IMG/VR virus record: IMGVR_UViG_3300045988_134682
Coordinates: 33,707-97,706 of that record
Origin: a virus
Direction: 5' to 3' (one strand)
Length of the DNA stretch: 64,000 nucleotides
Under the pieces are notes generated by a model. It worked only from the letters and a program-made list of their open reading frames with translations, was not told the origin of the DNA and ran no database searches. Both the position numbers and the translations under genes were made by a program. This document shows positions 33,853-46,156 of the stretch, one piece after another. Every line of letters begins with the position of its first letter. Position 1 is the first letter of the stretch.

Positions 33853-33900
33853 TCTCTCTATTTTCAAATATATATATAAGGAGTTAAAAAGGAGGAATGA

Positions 33901-34149
33901 ATGATTCAAAACTTAATATTTTTTATTTTAGGAATAATTTTTATTGAATTAATAATTCCTGTAATAGAGGCTCTAACAATAGTAATTGTCACTGCTTTAG
34001 AGGTTGCCAAAGGTAAACTAAACATGACAATTTCTAAATATAATATACAAATCCAAAAGATGGCAGAAGAACTTGAGCCAGAAAATACACGCGCCATTGG
34101 GTTTGTAGTACAAAATAATGAACCAGAGGAAGAAGAGGAAGACGAATGA
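33901..34149 (+). CDS. small membrane protein with acidic tail
   Basis: RBS aaaaggagg. TM helix LIFFILGIIFIELIIPVI. Confidence 0.4.
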   Translation: MIQNLIFFILGIIFIELIIPVIEALTIVIVTALEVAKGKLNMTISKYNIQIQKMAEELEPENTRAIGFVVQNNEPEEEEEDE

Positions 34150-35393
34150 AATTTTATGACACATGTGCATTATTAGATAATTTTGAAACTATGCCAGAAG
34201 AGAAGTTCATCATATCTTCTATTACATTAGCGGAACTTGAGAAGATTAAAACATCAGCTTCTAAAGATTCTGAAGTTAAATATATTGCAAGAAAAATCCT
34301 ATCTTTTTTAAATGCGAATCCCGCAAAATATGAAGTTGTATTATATAAAACATTTTTTATTTATCCTTTTACTGAAAAAGGATTTGAAGTAAACAATGAT
34401 ATTAAAATTTTAGCAACCGCATATTCTTATTTTAGTAATTTAAAAATAAGTGAAAGAGAAAATTTTTTCTTTGTAACAAATGATTTGACTTTAAAAGTTA
34501 CTGCTACTGCCTTTTTACCAGTGCAATGTATTATGTCTATGTATCCTCCAAAAGATGATTACAGTGGATATAAAGAGATTATAATGGATGATGAAATGAT
34601 GTCTGATTTTTATTCTAATCCTACTGAAAATATTTATGGTTTAAAAGTAAATGAATATATCATTGTAAAAAATAAAGATGGAAAACCAGTTGATTCTGCC
34701 GTATGGACAGGTTCTGAATATCGCCATACTCAATTTAGAAGCTTTAATTCTAAATGGTTCGGTGAAGTTAAGCCACTTAAAGGGGATATTTATCAGACAC
34801 TTGTAGCAGATAGTTTTACAAATAATAAAATAACTCTGGTAAAAGGACCTGCAGGCTCAGGTAAAACATACCTATCTCTTGGATACTTAATGAGTCAATT
34901 AGAGCGTGGTAAGATTAATAAAATTATTATTTTCTGTAATACAGTTGCTACAAAAAATTCTGCTAAATTAGGATATTTACCAGGCACTAAAGATGAAAAA
35001 CTTTTAGATTCACAAATTGGAAATGTTCTTGCAAGTAAAATAGGAAGTCGAATTGAATTAGAAAGATTAATGGATGAAGAACAAATTGTTTTACTTCCAT
35101 TCTCTGATATTAGAGGTTATGATACTACTGGAATGAATGCTGGGATATATATTTCAGAAGCTCAAAATCTTGATATTACGCTTATGAAACTTGCTTTACA
35201 AAGAATTGGTGAAGATAGCATATGTATTATAGATGGAGATGAAAAAGCGCAAGTTGATGATATTGCATTTGCCGGAAATAATAATGGTATGAGACGAGTA
35301 TCAAAGGTCTATCGAGGCGAAGATATATATGGTGAAATTGAATTAAAAATGATTCATCGTTCTAAAATTGCTAAAATTGCAGAAAGATTATAA
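34146..35393 (+). CDS. phoH: PIN-domain plus PhoH-like ATPase (YlaK-type)
   Basis: N-terminal PIN (MKFYDTCALLD...). Walker A KGPAGSGKTYLSLGY. PhoH C-terminal motifs. Confidence 0.7.
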   Translation: MKFYDTCALLDNFETMPEEKFIISSITLAELEKIKTSASKDSEVKYIARKILSFLNANPAKYEVVLYKTFFIYPFTEKGFEVNNDIKILATAYSYFSNLKISERENFFFVTNDLTLKVTATAFLPVQCIMSMYPPKDDYSGYKEIIMDDEMMSDFYSNPTENIYGLKVNEYIIVKNKDGKPVDSAVWTGSEYRHTQFRSFNSKWFGEVKPLKGDIYQTLVADSFTNNKITLVKGPAGSGKTYLSLGYLMSQLERGKINKIIIFCNTVATKNSAKLGYLPGTKDEKLLDSQIGNVLASKIGSRIELERLMDEEQIVLLPFSDIRGYDTTGMNAGIYISEAQNLDITLMKLALQRIGEDSICIIDGDEKAQVDDIAFAGNNNGMRRVSKVYRGEDIYGEIELKMIHRSKIAKIAERL

Positions 35394-35397
35394 TATA

Positions 35398-35434
35398 AAC
35401 CAGAAGAGATTAATATCTCTTCTGGTTTTTTTAT
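35398..35434 (+). terminator. rho-independent terminator
   Basis: aaccagaagagat/atctcttctggtt stem followed by T9. Confidence 0.7.
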
Positions 35435-35498
35435 TTATAATGGAAACATGTTAAAACCTTTGAAGAAGATATTTTTGGAAGAGGAGGTTTATATAAAT

Positions 35499-37202
35499 AT
35501 GGCTTCAATTGAAAAAAATATTTGGAATTATCTAATTAAAGAAATTAATAATCCATATGGTGTTGCTGGATTAATGGGTAACATCTATGCTGAGTCTGGT
35601 ATGATTCCAAATAGAGTAGAAGTTTTATGCTTAAACAGATTAAAAGAACATGGTCAAGTATGGAATGATTCTACTTATACTGCGGCAGTTGATAATGGAA
35701 AAATTTCAAGAGAAACTTTTCTGCATCCACTCCCTAATAAGCAATATGGATATGGGCTTTGCCAATGGACTAGTCCAGGTCGTAAAGCAGGATTATATGA
35801 TTTAGCAAAAATGAAACAAGCTTCTATTGGTAATGAATTAATTCAATTGCAATGGCTTATGACTGAATTAAAAAATAATTATTCTACAGTTTTATCAACT
35901 TTAAAAAATGCAACAAGCGTAAGACAAGCTTCTGATATGGTCTTAACTCGTTTTGAATGTCCTGCTAATACAGGTGAAACTGTTAAAGCAACAAGAGCTA
36001 AATATGGTCAGAGGTATTATGATGCATATGCATCTAATAAAGGAGGAAACTCAATAGTGGCAAATTATAATAACTATATTAATTCTACTGGCACTCATTA
36101 TATTTCTAATTCAGGTTCAGATGAAAATGGTGGATATCATAGTGGAAGAGCTGGTGACCAGACTGGTAGAGAATGGTACTTACGTTCTTGGTATAATAGA
36201 CCATGGAATTGTGTATTAAGATATGAAAAAGACTCAAGAGTTGGTCAAAAGATGGCTGAATTAAGCTGTGCCGCAGCTCTTAATAATTTAGTTGGTTATG
36301 ACCAATATGAAAGAGATACTTATTGGGCTCATTTAAAAGCATCTAACTATGACCCTGCTCAAATTACTATCACATGTGAAGCAGACTGTTCTGCAGGTGT
36401 AATTGCTAATATTAGAGCAGTAGGATATTTACTTGGAATTCCAGCTTTACAAAATATTAGTGCAAGTTACACTGGTGATATGAGAGCCGGTTTTAAAGCT
36501 GCTGGATTCACTGTTTTAACAGCAGACAAATATCTTTCTGGATATGATTATTTACTTCCTGGAGATATTTTACTTAATGATGCCCATCATACAGCAACAA
36601 ATATTACAAGAGGACGTTTAGCAGTTAATTCTAACTCACTACAACAAAGCCCAGCTCCAGAAAAAACTAATACTACTTATGTTGGAAAAGGAATTGGTAC
36701 TGCAACTGCAAAAACTGAGATGAATATTAGAAGTAATTCCAATACAAATAGCTCTTCTTATGGAACTATTTCTAAAGGAACTAAAGTAGAAGTATTAGAG
36801 ATTTTATCTAATGGTTGGTATAAAATTGTATGGCCAGGTGCTTCATGTGGTTATGCTTATACTTCTAATTCTACTAAAACTTATTATTCATATGTAGCTA
36901 AAAAGAAGGCTCCTACAACTACTAAACCAAAACCATCCAGTAGTAAAAGTATAACTGCAAAAGAAGGCGCAACTGACTTTAATAAATCTCTTGCAGGTAT
37001 ATATTGTACAACAGCTGATTTAAATATCCGCCATGGAGCAGGTACATCTAAGGCTCTTATGGTTACAATTCCAAAAGGAACAAAAGTAGCTAATTATGGA
37101 TATTATTCAGTTAGCAATGGCTGTAAATGGTTGTATGTCCAATTCACATATAAGAACGTAACTTATACAGGATTTGCTTCAAGCACATATTTACGTAAAT
37201 AA
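35499..37202 (+). CDS. endolysin / lysozyme-like cell-wall hydrolase with two C-terminal SH3b domains
   Basis: N-terminal GNIYAESG...GYGLCQWT lysozyme-like motif block. Two SH3b-like modules (NIRSNSN...GWYKIVWPG and LNIRHGAGTSKALMV...WLYVQF). RBS ggaagaggagg before ATG 35499. Confidence 0.6.
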   Translation: MASIEKNIWNYLIKEINNPYGVAGLMGNIYAESGMIPNRVEVLCLNRLKEHGQVWNDSTYTAAVDNGKISRETFLHPLPNKQYGYGLCQWTSPGRKAGLYDLAKMKQASIGNELIQLQWLMTELKNNYSTVLSTLKNATSVRQASDMVLTRFECPANTGETVKATRAKYGQRYYDAYASNKGGNSIVANYNNYINSTGTHYISNSGSDENGGYHSGRAGDQTGREWYLRSWYNRPWNCVLRYEKDSRVGQKMAELSCAAALNNLVGYDQYERDTYWAHLKASNYDPAQITITCEADCSAGVIANIRAVGYLLGIPALQNISASYTGDMRAGFKAAGFTVLTADKYLSGYDYLLPGDILLNDAHHTATNITRGRLAVNSNSLQQSPAPEKTNTTYVGKGIGTATAKTEMNIRSNSNTNSSSYGTISKGTKVEVLEILSNGWYKIVWPGASCGYAYTSNSTKTYYSYVAKKKAPTTTKPKPSSSKSITAKEGATDFNKSLAGIYCTTADLNIRHGAGTSKALMVTIPKGTKVANYGYYSVSNGCKWLYVQFTYKNVTYTGFASSTYLRK

Positions 37203-37204
37203 TT

Positions 37205-37606
37205 ATGACTAAAGAAGAACGTGATATAACTATTAAAGAACATCGCTGGCAAAGAGAAAAAGAAGTTCTTAAAAGAAAGTATAAATTAAAACAAGAAAAA
37301 AGAGATTTTAAAAAACAATTCCTTCCTAAAATATCTACTTCAAAACTCCTTATTCTTTTCTTGTTTATAAATTGCACAATTATAGAACTTTTCACAGGCT
37401 TTGTAACTTTAAAGAGTCTTGATTTAACAACTCTTACCATGGCGAATCCAGACTTTACTCCATTAGTAGCATTAATAGGTGCGGTCGTGAGTGAGGTCGT
37501 AGGATATGCGGTCTATGCATTAAAGTCCGCAAAAGAGAATACCGCAGGTGGTATTACATATGAAGCAGCAATGCGTCAAATTGATGAAGATAAAGCCAAA
37601 GGATAA
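37205..37606 (+). CDS. holin-like membrane protein (putative)
   Basis: Immediately downstream of the endolysin. Two hydrophobic helices plus charged termini. Confidence 0.4.
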   Translation: MTKEERDITIKEHRWQREKEVLKRKYKLKQEKRDFKKQFLPKISTSKLLILFLFINCTIIELFTGFVTLKSLDLTTLTMANPDFTPLVALIGAVVSEVVGYAVYALKSAKENTAGGITYEAAMRQIDEDKAKG

Positions 37607-37617
37607 TTGATTTTTAA

Positions 37618-37658
37618 CCCTAAAAGAGAAGATTTTCTCTTTTAGGGTATTTTTTTTT
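37618..37658 (+). terminator. rho-independent terminator
   Basis: ccctaaaagagaa/ttctcttttaggg stem followed by T9. Confidence 0.75.
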
Positions 37659-37692
37659 GACCGTAACTAAAATTTTAAGAATTGATTTTATT

Positions 37693-37721
37693 ATTTTTTT
37701 ATGCTATAATATATGTATGAT
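37693..37721 (+). promoter_or_regulatory. sigma-70-like promoter
   Basis: ttgatt 37693-37698, 17-nt spacer, tataat 37716-37721. Confidence 0.5.
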
Positions 37722-37760
37722 AAGAAAAAATGATGATTTTAAAACTGAAAGGGGATTTAT

Positions 37761-39659
37761 ATGTCTGATAATTATGGTGTAAAAGACATAAAAACTTTGG
37801 AAGGTATCGAAGCCATCAGACTTAGACCTGGTATGTATATAGGCTCAATCGGACCAGATGGAGTTAGACATATTACTCTTGAAATTATTTCTAACGTAAT
37901 TGATGAGTATTTAAACGGATATTGTACAAAGTGTAATATTGAAGTAACAGAAGATGATATGGTAAAAGTTTCTGACGATGGACGTGGTGTTCCTTTTGGA
38001 AAAGCCGCAGATGGTTCAGAAACTCTTGAAAATATTTTTACTAAACTTCATACAGGAGCTAAATTTGATAGTTCTGGTAAAACTGGATATAATACATCTG
38101 GTGGTATGAATGGTGTTGGTGCAAAAGCGACAAATGCATTGTCTGATAAATTTATTGTCACTTCTAAAAGAGATGGTAAAATTGCAACAATGACATTTGA
38201 AAAAGGTGAAAGAAAAAATTTTAAAGTTGAAAAGTATGCGGAAAAAGATACTGGAACAACAATTACTTTTCATCCAGATATTGAGATTTTTAAAGAAGGA
38301 ATCTCGCTTGATTATGACAGTTTAAAAAGACAAATTCAGGAATTAGCATATCTTTCTCCTGGATTAACTTTTACATTAAAATATAAAGACAAAGCTGAAG
38401 ATGTAATTGTTTCTCAGAATGGTATTCTGGATTATATTCAAGATTTGAATAAAAAGAAAAATGCTATTACATCTGTTTTTTATGCCGAAGCTTCCGAAGA
38501 TAGGATTGGTGTAAAATTAGCAATGCTGTATAACGATAGTTATACTGATACCTATAAATTATATACAAACTCAATTCCAAATACAGCTGGAACTCATCTT
38601 ACTGGATTTAGAACTGCATTAACTTCTGCAATTAATAATTATGCAAGAGAGAATAAACTTCTTAAAGAGAAAGATTCTAATATTGTAGGTGATGAGTTAA
38701 AAGAAGGTCTTGTATTAGTTCTTTCTTTTGTGATGCCAGACCCAGTCTTTTCAGGTCAGACAAAAGAGAAACTTGATTCAAGTGAAGGACGTACAATGGT
38801 CCAGAAGCTGGTATCAAAAGAAATCGCAATTTGGCTTGACAGCCATCCTAATGATGCAAAAGCAATTATCAATAAAGCTTTATTAGCACGTGCCGCAAGA
38901 GAAAAAGCTAAAAAAGCTAAAGAAACAGTTCGTAAAGCAGACGTGAAAAAAAGAGCAGTAATGCCTGGTACATTAGCAGATGCAAGTTCTCGAAATAGAG
39001 CTTCTTGTGAAGTATTTATTGTAGAGGGAAAATCTGCGGCCGGTTCAACAAAAGAAGCCAGGGATAGAGCTACCCAGGCTGTGTTCCCCGTAAGAGGAAA
39101 GATTCTTAACGTATTGAAGGCAGACCTCGCGAAGGCATTAAAGAACGCAGAGATTGATGGTATGATTACTGCTTTTGGACTTGAAATTAAAGATGGAAAA
39201 GTAATCGTAAATAAAGATAAATTACGTTATGGCAAAATTGTTATTACAGCCGATGCGGACGTTGATGGTAGTCACATTAGAGCATTGTTCTTAACCTTTA
39301 TTTGGAAATTTGCTCCGCAGTTAATTGAAGATGGATATATTTTTGCGGCAGTTCCTCCACTTTATAAAGTTACACAGGGAACTAAAATTACTTATCTGAA
39401 GGATGATGCGGCTCTTGAGGAGTTCAGAAAGACAGCTAAAAAGTCTTTTGAGCTGGGTCGTATGAAGGGTCTTGGCGAGATGGACCCGTCTGAAATGGCT
39501 GAAACAGTTATGAATCCAGAAACGAGAACTCTTAAACAGATATGTATGGAAGATGCAGAAGAAGCTGCTAAAACTTTCATGGGATTGATGGGTGAGTCAG
39601 TTGTTTATAGAAAGAAATTTATCGAAGAGAATGCGTGGAGAGCAAATATTGACGTATAA
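37761..39659 (+). CDS. gyrB: type II DNA topoisomerase ATPase subunit (GyrB/ParE-like; T4 gp39-like)
   Basis: GHKL ATPase N-terminus (LRPGMYIGS; GLHH-type region). TOPRIM EVFIVEGKSAAGS. C-terminal PLYKV...GLGEM motif. Confidence 0.85.
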   Translation: MSDNYGVKDIKTLEGIEAIRLRPGMYIGSIGPDGVRHITLEIISNVIDEYLNGYCTKCNIEVTEDDMVKVSDDGRGVPFGKAADGSETLENIFTKLHTGAKFDSSGKTGYNTSGGMNGVGAKATNALSDKFIVTSKRDGKIATMTFEKGERKNFKVEKYAEKDTGTTITFHPDIEIFKEGISLDYDSLKRQIQELAYLSPGLTFTLKYKDKAEDVIVSQNGILDYIQDLNKKKNAITSVFYAEASEDRIGVKLAMLYNDSYTDTYKLYTNSIPNTAGTHLTGFRTALTSAINNYARENKLLKEKDSNIVGDELKEGLVLVLSFVMPDPVFSGQTKEKLDSSEGRTMVQKLVSKEIAIWLDSHPNDAKAIINKALLARAAREKAKKAKETVRKADVKKRAVMPGTLADASSRNRASCEVFIVEGKSAAGSTKEARDRATQAVFPVRGKILNVLKADLAKALKNAEIDGMITAFGLEIKDGKVIVNKDKLRYGKIVITADADVDGSHIRALFLTFIWKFAPQLIEDGYIFAAVPPLYKVTQGTKITYLKDDAALEEFRKTAKKSFELGRMKGLGEMDPSEMAETVMNPETRTLKQICMEDAEEAAKTFMGLMGESVVYRKKFIEENAWRANIDV

Positions 39660-39755
39660 TGATGCAATGTATCTGGCCGTTGGAGTTGAAGACGGCTGGA
39701 TACATGTAACTCCAAAAGTGTGGAAAGAATATTTAAAAGCTAAAGAGGTTATTAA

Positions 39756-40115
39756 ATGGAAACAAAAATATTTGAATTTGTACCAGAAGAGTCAGAACAC
39801 TTTGAATCCCAATTTTTAAAATGGTATGATGCGGGCAAGCCTAAAAATAATTTTAATGAGGCTTATGATTATAGTACAATAACTCAATTTCTTATATGGG
39901 AGTATGGATTATCAGATGAGTCATATGATAAACCTCGTAGATGGAATCAAATTGTAGAGGGAGTTGTTTGTATTAATGGACGCTATTTTTCTGTTTGCTA
40001 TGATAGAGGTTTAACAGAAATGCAAGAAAATGATTATGACTTTGATGATAATATTACTGAAGTTGAAAAACGCACAGTTTTAAAAGAGGTAACAGAATGG
40101 AAGAAAAAAAGATAA
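39756..40115 (+). CDS. hypothetical protein
   Basis: ORF. Confidence 0.4.
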   Translation: METKIFEFVPEESEHFESQFLKWYDAGKPKNNFNEAYDYSTITQFLIWEYGLSDESYDKPRRWNQIVEGVVCINGRYFSVCYDRGLTEMQENDYDFDDNITEVEKRTVLKEVTEWKKKR

Positions 40116-40336
40116 TTGAATTAGCTGGAGATTTTTCTCAAAAACCAGACATGGCAGCAATTACCAAAATAACTCCTATAAAAGATGGGGATAAAGTGAT
40201 TTTACATTTCGATATAAAGAAATATGATTTAGATATAGATACTGTTACTCAACAATTTAATCTATGGCAGCAATGTTTTCCACATAATGATGTAATTGGA
40301 GATTTGTGCAATACAGACATTGAAGTAAAGGAGTAA
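40097..40336 (+). CDS. hypothetical protein
   Basis: ORF overlapping the upstream stop. Confidence 0.4.
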   Translation: MEEKKIIELAGDFSQKPDMAAITKITPIKDGDKVILHFDIKKYDLDIDTVTQQFNLWQQCFPHNDVIGDLCNTDIEVKE

Positions 40337-40338
40337 AT

Positions 40339-40785
40339 ATGATATTTTATACAGACGGTTCTGCGAGTCCAAATCCAGGCCCAGGTGGTTTTGGAGTTGT
40401 TCAAGTCGACACAGAAGGTAATATTTTAAGCACATATTCCAGTAGACAGGATAATACGACTAATAATGAACAGGAAATGAAAGCTATTCTTTACGCAGCC
40501 TGTCAAGGAGTATTAGCTAAAGAAGACGTATTAATTTACTCTGATTCTGCATATGCAATTAATACTTTTTCAAACTGGATGTATAATTGGGAAAGAAATG
40601 GATGGATTAAAGGAGATGGAAAAGTACCTGAAAATTTAGAAGTTGTGCAGGCTTTTTTTGAAGTATCCAAAATGATTGAAGTCACTTTTGTAAAAGTAAA
40701 AGGACATTCTAAAAATCCATTCAATGAGCTTGCAGATAATCTAGCAACTGGCAAGGTTAAACCTGGTAACTATTTGACAATTTAA
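40339..40785 (+). CDS. rnhA: ribonuclease HI
   Basis: Motifs IFYTDGSASPNPGPGGFGVV, YSDSAY and KVKGHSKNPFNELADNLA. Confidence 0.8.
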   Translation: MIFYTDGSASPNPGPGGFGVVQVDTEGNILSTYSSRQDNTTNNEQEMKAILYAACQGVLAKEDVLIYSDSAYAINTFSNWMYNWERNGWIKGDGKVPENLEVVQAFFEVSKMIEVTFVKVKGHSKNPFNELADNLATGKVKPGNYLTI

Positions 40786-40802
40786 TTTTTTTATGGTAAT
40801 AT
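40774..40802 (+). promoter_or_regulatory. sigma-70-like promoter (TTGACA -17- TGgTAATAT)
   Basis: ttgaca 40774-40779 followed by an extended -10 element. Confidence 0.4.
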
Positions 40803-40809
40803 ATTATAT

Positions 40810-41088
40810 ATGGATAAGAATAAAGAACAGTTAAAAAAACAATTACTACAATTTGTTAAATCAGTTGAAGAACCTATGACAAAAGAAGAATATGATAAAT
40901 ATATGAAAGAATATCATAAACAAAATCCTCTTTTAAATACTGGTTCTGGTTATTTATATATTCCATCAGAAGATGTTGTTGTTAGTGCTGATTCAATTTA
41001 TAATTTTATAGAAAGAGTTATAGATGAAAGTTTGATGGATGTAAAAATGCAATATTATAAAGAATTATTTGATAAGGGAGAGTCTTAA
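40810..41088 (+). CDS. hypothetical protein
   Basis: ORF. Confidence 0.4.
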   Translation: MDKNKEQLKKQLLQFVKSVEEPMTKEEYDKYMKEYHKQNPLLNTGSGYLYIPSEDVVVSADSIYNFIERVIDESLMDVKMQYYKELFDKGES

Positions 41089-43466
41089 TGAGTGAGAATA
41101 TTATTCAAGTAAATATTAAAGATGAAATTGAACAGAGTTTACTTGATTATGGAATGAGTATCATTTCAGATCGAGCTTTACCTTCAGCAGAAGATGGATT
41201 AAAACCTGTTAATAGACGTATCTTATATGATATGTTTGATAAAGGTTTTATGAATAATAAGAAATTTGTAAAGTGTGCTCAGCCAGTCGGAGATACAATG
41301 GGTAGATTTCATCCGCATGGTGATAGTTCTATCTATGGTGCATTAGTATGGATGTCACAGGAATGGAATATGAGATATCCACTCATTTCTTGGCATGGTA
41401 ATAATGGAAGCCGAGATGGTGATGAACCGGCTGCATATAGATATACAGAATGTAAGCTTTCTAAATTTGGAGAAGAAATGCTTGCAGATATTAAAAAGAA
41501 TACAGTAGATTGGATGAATGCTTATACAGATGAAGAGCAGGAGCCAATTTATTTACCTGGCCGAATTCCAAACCTTATTGTAAATGGTACTTCTGGAATT
41601 GCATGGGCAATGGCTTGTTCATTTGCGCCGCACAATTTATCAGAAGTTATGGATGCAGCTATTTATCTTTTGGAAAATCCAGAATGTGATATTAGGGAAC
41701 TCTTAAACTATATTAAAGGTCCAGATTTTCCAACAGGTGGATTACTTATTAATAAAGATGAACTTGAGACAGCTTATCTTACAGGAAAAGGTCGTGCAAG
41801 ATTAAGAGGTGAATATACAATCGAATCTTCCAAAAACGGAGATAGTATTGTTTTTACTTCAATTCCTTATAAGGTATCTAAAGAGACATTAACAGTCGAG
41901 ATTGATAAACTCTGTGAAGAAGGAGAACTTAATGGCGTAACAGCTATTAGAGATGAATCCAACAGAGATGGTGTACGTTTTGTAATTGAACTTGGTAAAG
42001 GAATATCTGCGGCACCGATTATCGCAAAATTATTCAAATCTACACGTCTTGAAGATACATATTCATTCAATCAGGTTGCGCTGGTTGATAAGAAACCAAG
42101 ACTTCTGAACATTAAACAGCTTTTGGAAAATTATATTGAGCATCAGAAAGATGTTCTTTTAAGAAAGACTAAATTCGATATTGAAAAAGTACAAGCAAGA
42201 ATTCATATTCTTGAAGGATTGTTAATTGCACTTGAAGATATTGATAATATTATTGCTTTAATTAAGAAATCTGCCAGTGCGGCTGCCGCAAAAGAAGCTT
42301 TAATGAATAAGTATAATCTTAGTGAAGCACAGGCAAAAGCAATTCTTGATATGAAATTGAGTAAATTGGCTCGTTTGGAATCAGTTGAAATTCAGACTGA
42401 AAAAGATAATTTACTTAAAAAAGAAGCTGAATTAAATCAGATTCTTTTAAATCCAGTTCCAGAGATGAAAAAAAACTTCACAGAGATTAAAACCTTATAT
42501 GGAGATGCTCGTAGAACCACAATCACACAGGTAAATGTCACAAAAGAAGAAAAAGAGATTGAATATGTAGAACCTGAAAAATGTGTTGTTGTAATGACAG
42601 AAGACGGTTTAATTAAACGTATTCCTTCTACTAGTTTTAGAACTCAGAGAAGAAACGGAAAAGGTGTTAAAACACAAGGTGATGTTGTTAAAACTACCAT
42701 CCGCACAAATACTATTGATTCTCTTATGGTATTTACAACAAAAGGAAAAATGTATCGTATCCTTGTAAATGATATTCCAGTAGGTACAAATGTATCTAAA
42801 GGTCAGTCAATTAAGTCTTTAATTGCGATGGATACTGATGAAGAACCTAATTTAATTTATTCTATTTATAGAGATACTGATGCAAAATATTTATTATTTG
42901 TAACAAAAAACGGAATCACAAAGAAAACCTCCTTAGAGGAATATACAAATACAAAGAAAAAGACTGGAATTATTGCTATTAATCTTAAAGAGGATGATAC
43001 ATTAGTATCTGTAAATCTTGTTAAAGATGAAGATTTAGTTCTCTTAACCTCTAACGGTATGGGAATTAAGATTAATTCTGGAGAGATTTCAGCTTCTGGT
43101 AGAGCAACAGCAGGTGTTAAAGGAATCACTTTGAAGAAAGATGATTTTGTAGTTGCTGCATTACCAGTTCGTAATAAGACAGATTACATTGCAATCTTTT
43201 CATCTAAGGGTCTTGGAAAGAAGATTGAAATGGATGAATTAGTTCTTCAGAAACGTGCGGGAAAAGGTTTGATTATTTATAAGCCAACAGATGAAACAGG
43301 AACAGTTATTTCTGGTGCTTTAATTGCGGACGAGGATAATATTCTTGTTATTGGCAAATTAAGTTCAATTTGTATTTCTGCAAAAGACATTCCTCTTACA
43401 AGTAGAATTGCAACAGGTAATCAGTTAATTAAAAATGGTGAAATTACTTCTGTGACAAAAATTTAA
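41088..43466 (+). CDS. gyrA: type II DNA topoisomerase breakage-reunion subunit (GyrA/ParC-like; T4 gp52-like)
   Basis: DRALPSAEDGLKPVNRRILY and active-site AAYRYTE motifs. Beta-pinwheel-like C-terminal repeats. Confidence 0.85.
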   Translation: MSENIIQVNIKDEIEQSLLDYGMSIISDRALPSAEDGLKPVNRRILYDMFDKGFMNNKKFVKCAQPVGDTMGRFHPHGDSSIYGALVWMSQEWNMRYPLISWHGNNGSRDGDEPAAYRYTECKLSKFGEEMLADIKKNTVDWMNAYTDEEQEPIYLPGRIPNLIVNGTSGIAWAMACSFAPHNLSEVMDAAIYLLENPECDIRELLNYIKGPDFPTGGLLINKDELETAYLTGKGRARLRGEYTIESSKNGDSIVFTSIPYKVSKETLTVEIDKLCEEGELNGVTAIRDESNRDGVRFVIELGKGISAAPIIAKLFKSTRLEDTYSFNQVALVDKKPRLLNIKQLLENYIEHQKDVLLRKTKFDIEKVQARIHILEGLLIALEDIDNIIALIKKSASAAAAKEALMNKYNLSEAQAKAILDMKLSKLARLESVEIQTEKDNLLKKEAELNQILLNPVPEMKKNFTEIKTLYGDARRTTITQVNVTKEEKEIEYVEPEKCVVVMTEDGLIKRIPSTSFRTQRRNGKGVKTQGDVVKTTIRTNTIDSLMVFTTKGKMYRILVNDIPVGTNVSKGQSIKSLIAMDTDEEPNLIYSIYRDTDAKYLLFVTKNGITKKTSLEEYTNTKKKTGIIAINLKEDDTLVSVNLVKDEDLVLLTSNGMGIKINSGEISASGRATAGVKGITLKKDDFVVAALPVRNKTDYIAIFSSKGLGKKIEMDELVLQKRAGKGLIIYKPTDETGTVISGALIADEDNILVIGKLSSICISAKDIPLTSRIATGNQLIKNGEITSVTKI

Positions 43467-43495
43467 GTGGGATTTATTTCCCACTTATCTTTTCT
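43467..43495 (+). terminator. terminator-like hairpin
   Basis: gtgggatttatttcccac stem followed by a T-rich run. Confidence 0.5.
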
Positions 43496-43508
43496 AAAAG
43501 GAGAATAA

Positions 43509-45487
<1,979 letters not shown>

Positions 45488-45521
45488 TAAATTGTAATAA
45501 AGATAAGGATAGAAAAAAAAT

Positions 45522-45716
45522 ATGAATAAGAAAGAAATCAAGAATTTAGCTAAACAAATCGCAAAAGCTGAATCAACCATTCAGAATTCCACTGATCAAA
45601 AGGAAAGAAAATATGCGATGGATACAATAATTGCTTTATCAAGTAAACTCTCTTCATTAGAGGAAATAGAACGTGTCGATGAGATGGTTCAAAAAATTTT
45701 AAAAAATAATTCTTGA
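45522..45716 (+). CDS. small hypothetical protein
   Basis: ORF. Confidence 0.4.
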   Translation: MNKKEIKNLAKQIAKAESTIQNSTDQKERKYAMDTIIALSSKLSSLEEIERVDEMVQKILKNNS

Positions 45717-45741
45717 TTTAAAAATATTTTTTTGATATAAT
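45713..45741 (+). promoter_or_regulatory. sigma-70-like promoter
   Basis: ttgatt 45713-45718, 17-nt spacer, TGaTATAAT 45733-45741. Confidence 0.45.
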
Positions 45742-45814
45742 AATTACATAAGCTAAGAGAGCTTAGAAAATTACACAAACAATAAAATTATTTAATTAAA
45801 GGAGATTTGTTATT

Positions 45815-46090
45815 ATGGCAAAAATGAAAGAAAATTCACGTAAAGTATTTGAGTATTTAAAGACTATCGGAGATGCAAAGGTTACAGCAGCAGATGTAGC
45901 AGAGGCACTCGGAATTGAGAAGAAACGTGTAGATGGAATCTTTACTTCCGCTATTCAGAGAAAAGGTCTTGGAGTTCGTACTCCTGCAGAAATTGAGCTT
46001 GAGGACGGAAGTCATAAGGCAGTTAAGTTCTTGTCTCTTACACCAGCTGGCATGAGCTTCGACCCAGACGCTGAAGATGAAGCTGAGTAA
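45815..46090 (+). CDS. winged-helix DNA-binding-like protein with acidic tail
   Basis: RBS aaaggag. Paralogous to CDS 48719 (VTAADVAEALGIEKKRVDG versus KAKDIAKGMFVSSRTVSG). Confidence 0.45.
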   Translation: MAKMKENSRKVFEYLKTIGDAKVTAADVAEALGIEKKRVDGIFTSAIQRKGLGVRTPAEIELEDGSHKAVKFLSLTPAGMSFDPDAEDEAE

Positions 46091-46116
46091 TTAAATTATT
46101 TTTGTAATATAAATTA

Positions 46117-46149
46117 AAAGAGATAAGGTAATACTTATCTCTTTTTTTA
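46117..46149 (+). terminator. rho-independent terminator
   Basis: aaagagataag/cttatctcttt stem followed by T7. Confidence 0.7.
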
Positions 46150-46156
46150 ACAAAAT

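Noticed and set aside
39592-39819. 75-aa ORF overlapping the gyrB 3' end and the next CDS
   Set aside because: Its first 22 codons overlap gyrB in another frame. Only an internal ATG at 39667 could be real. It would still overlap CDS 39756 by 64 nt and has no RBS.
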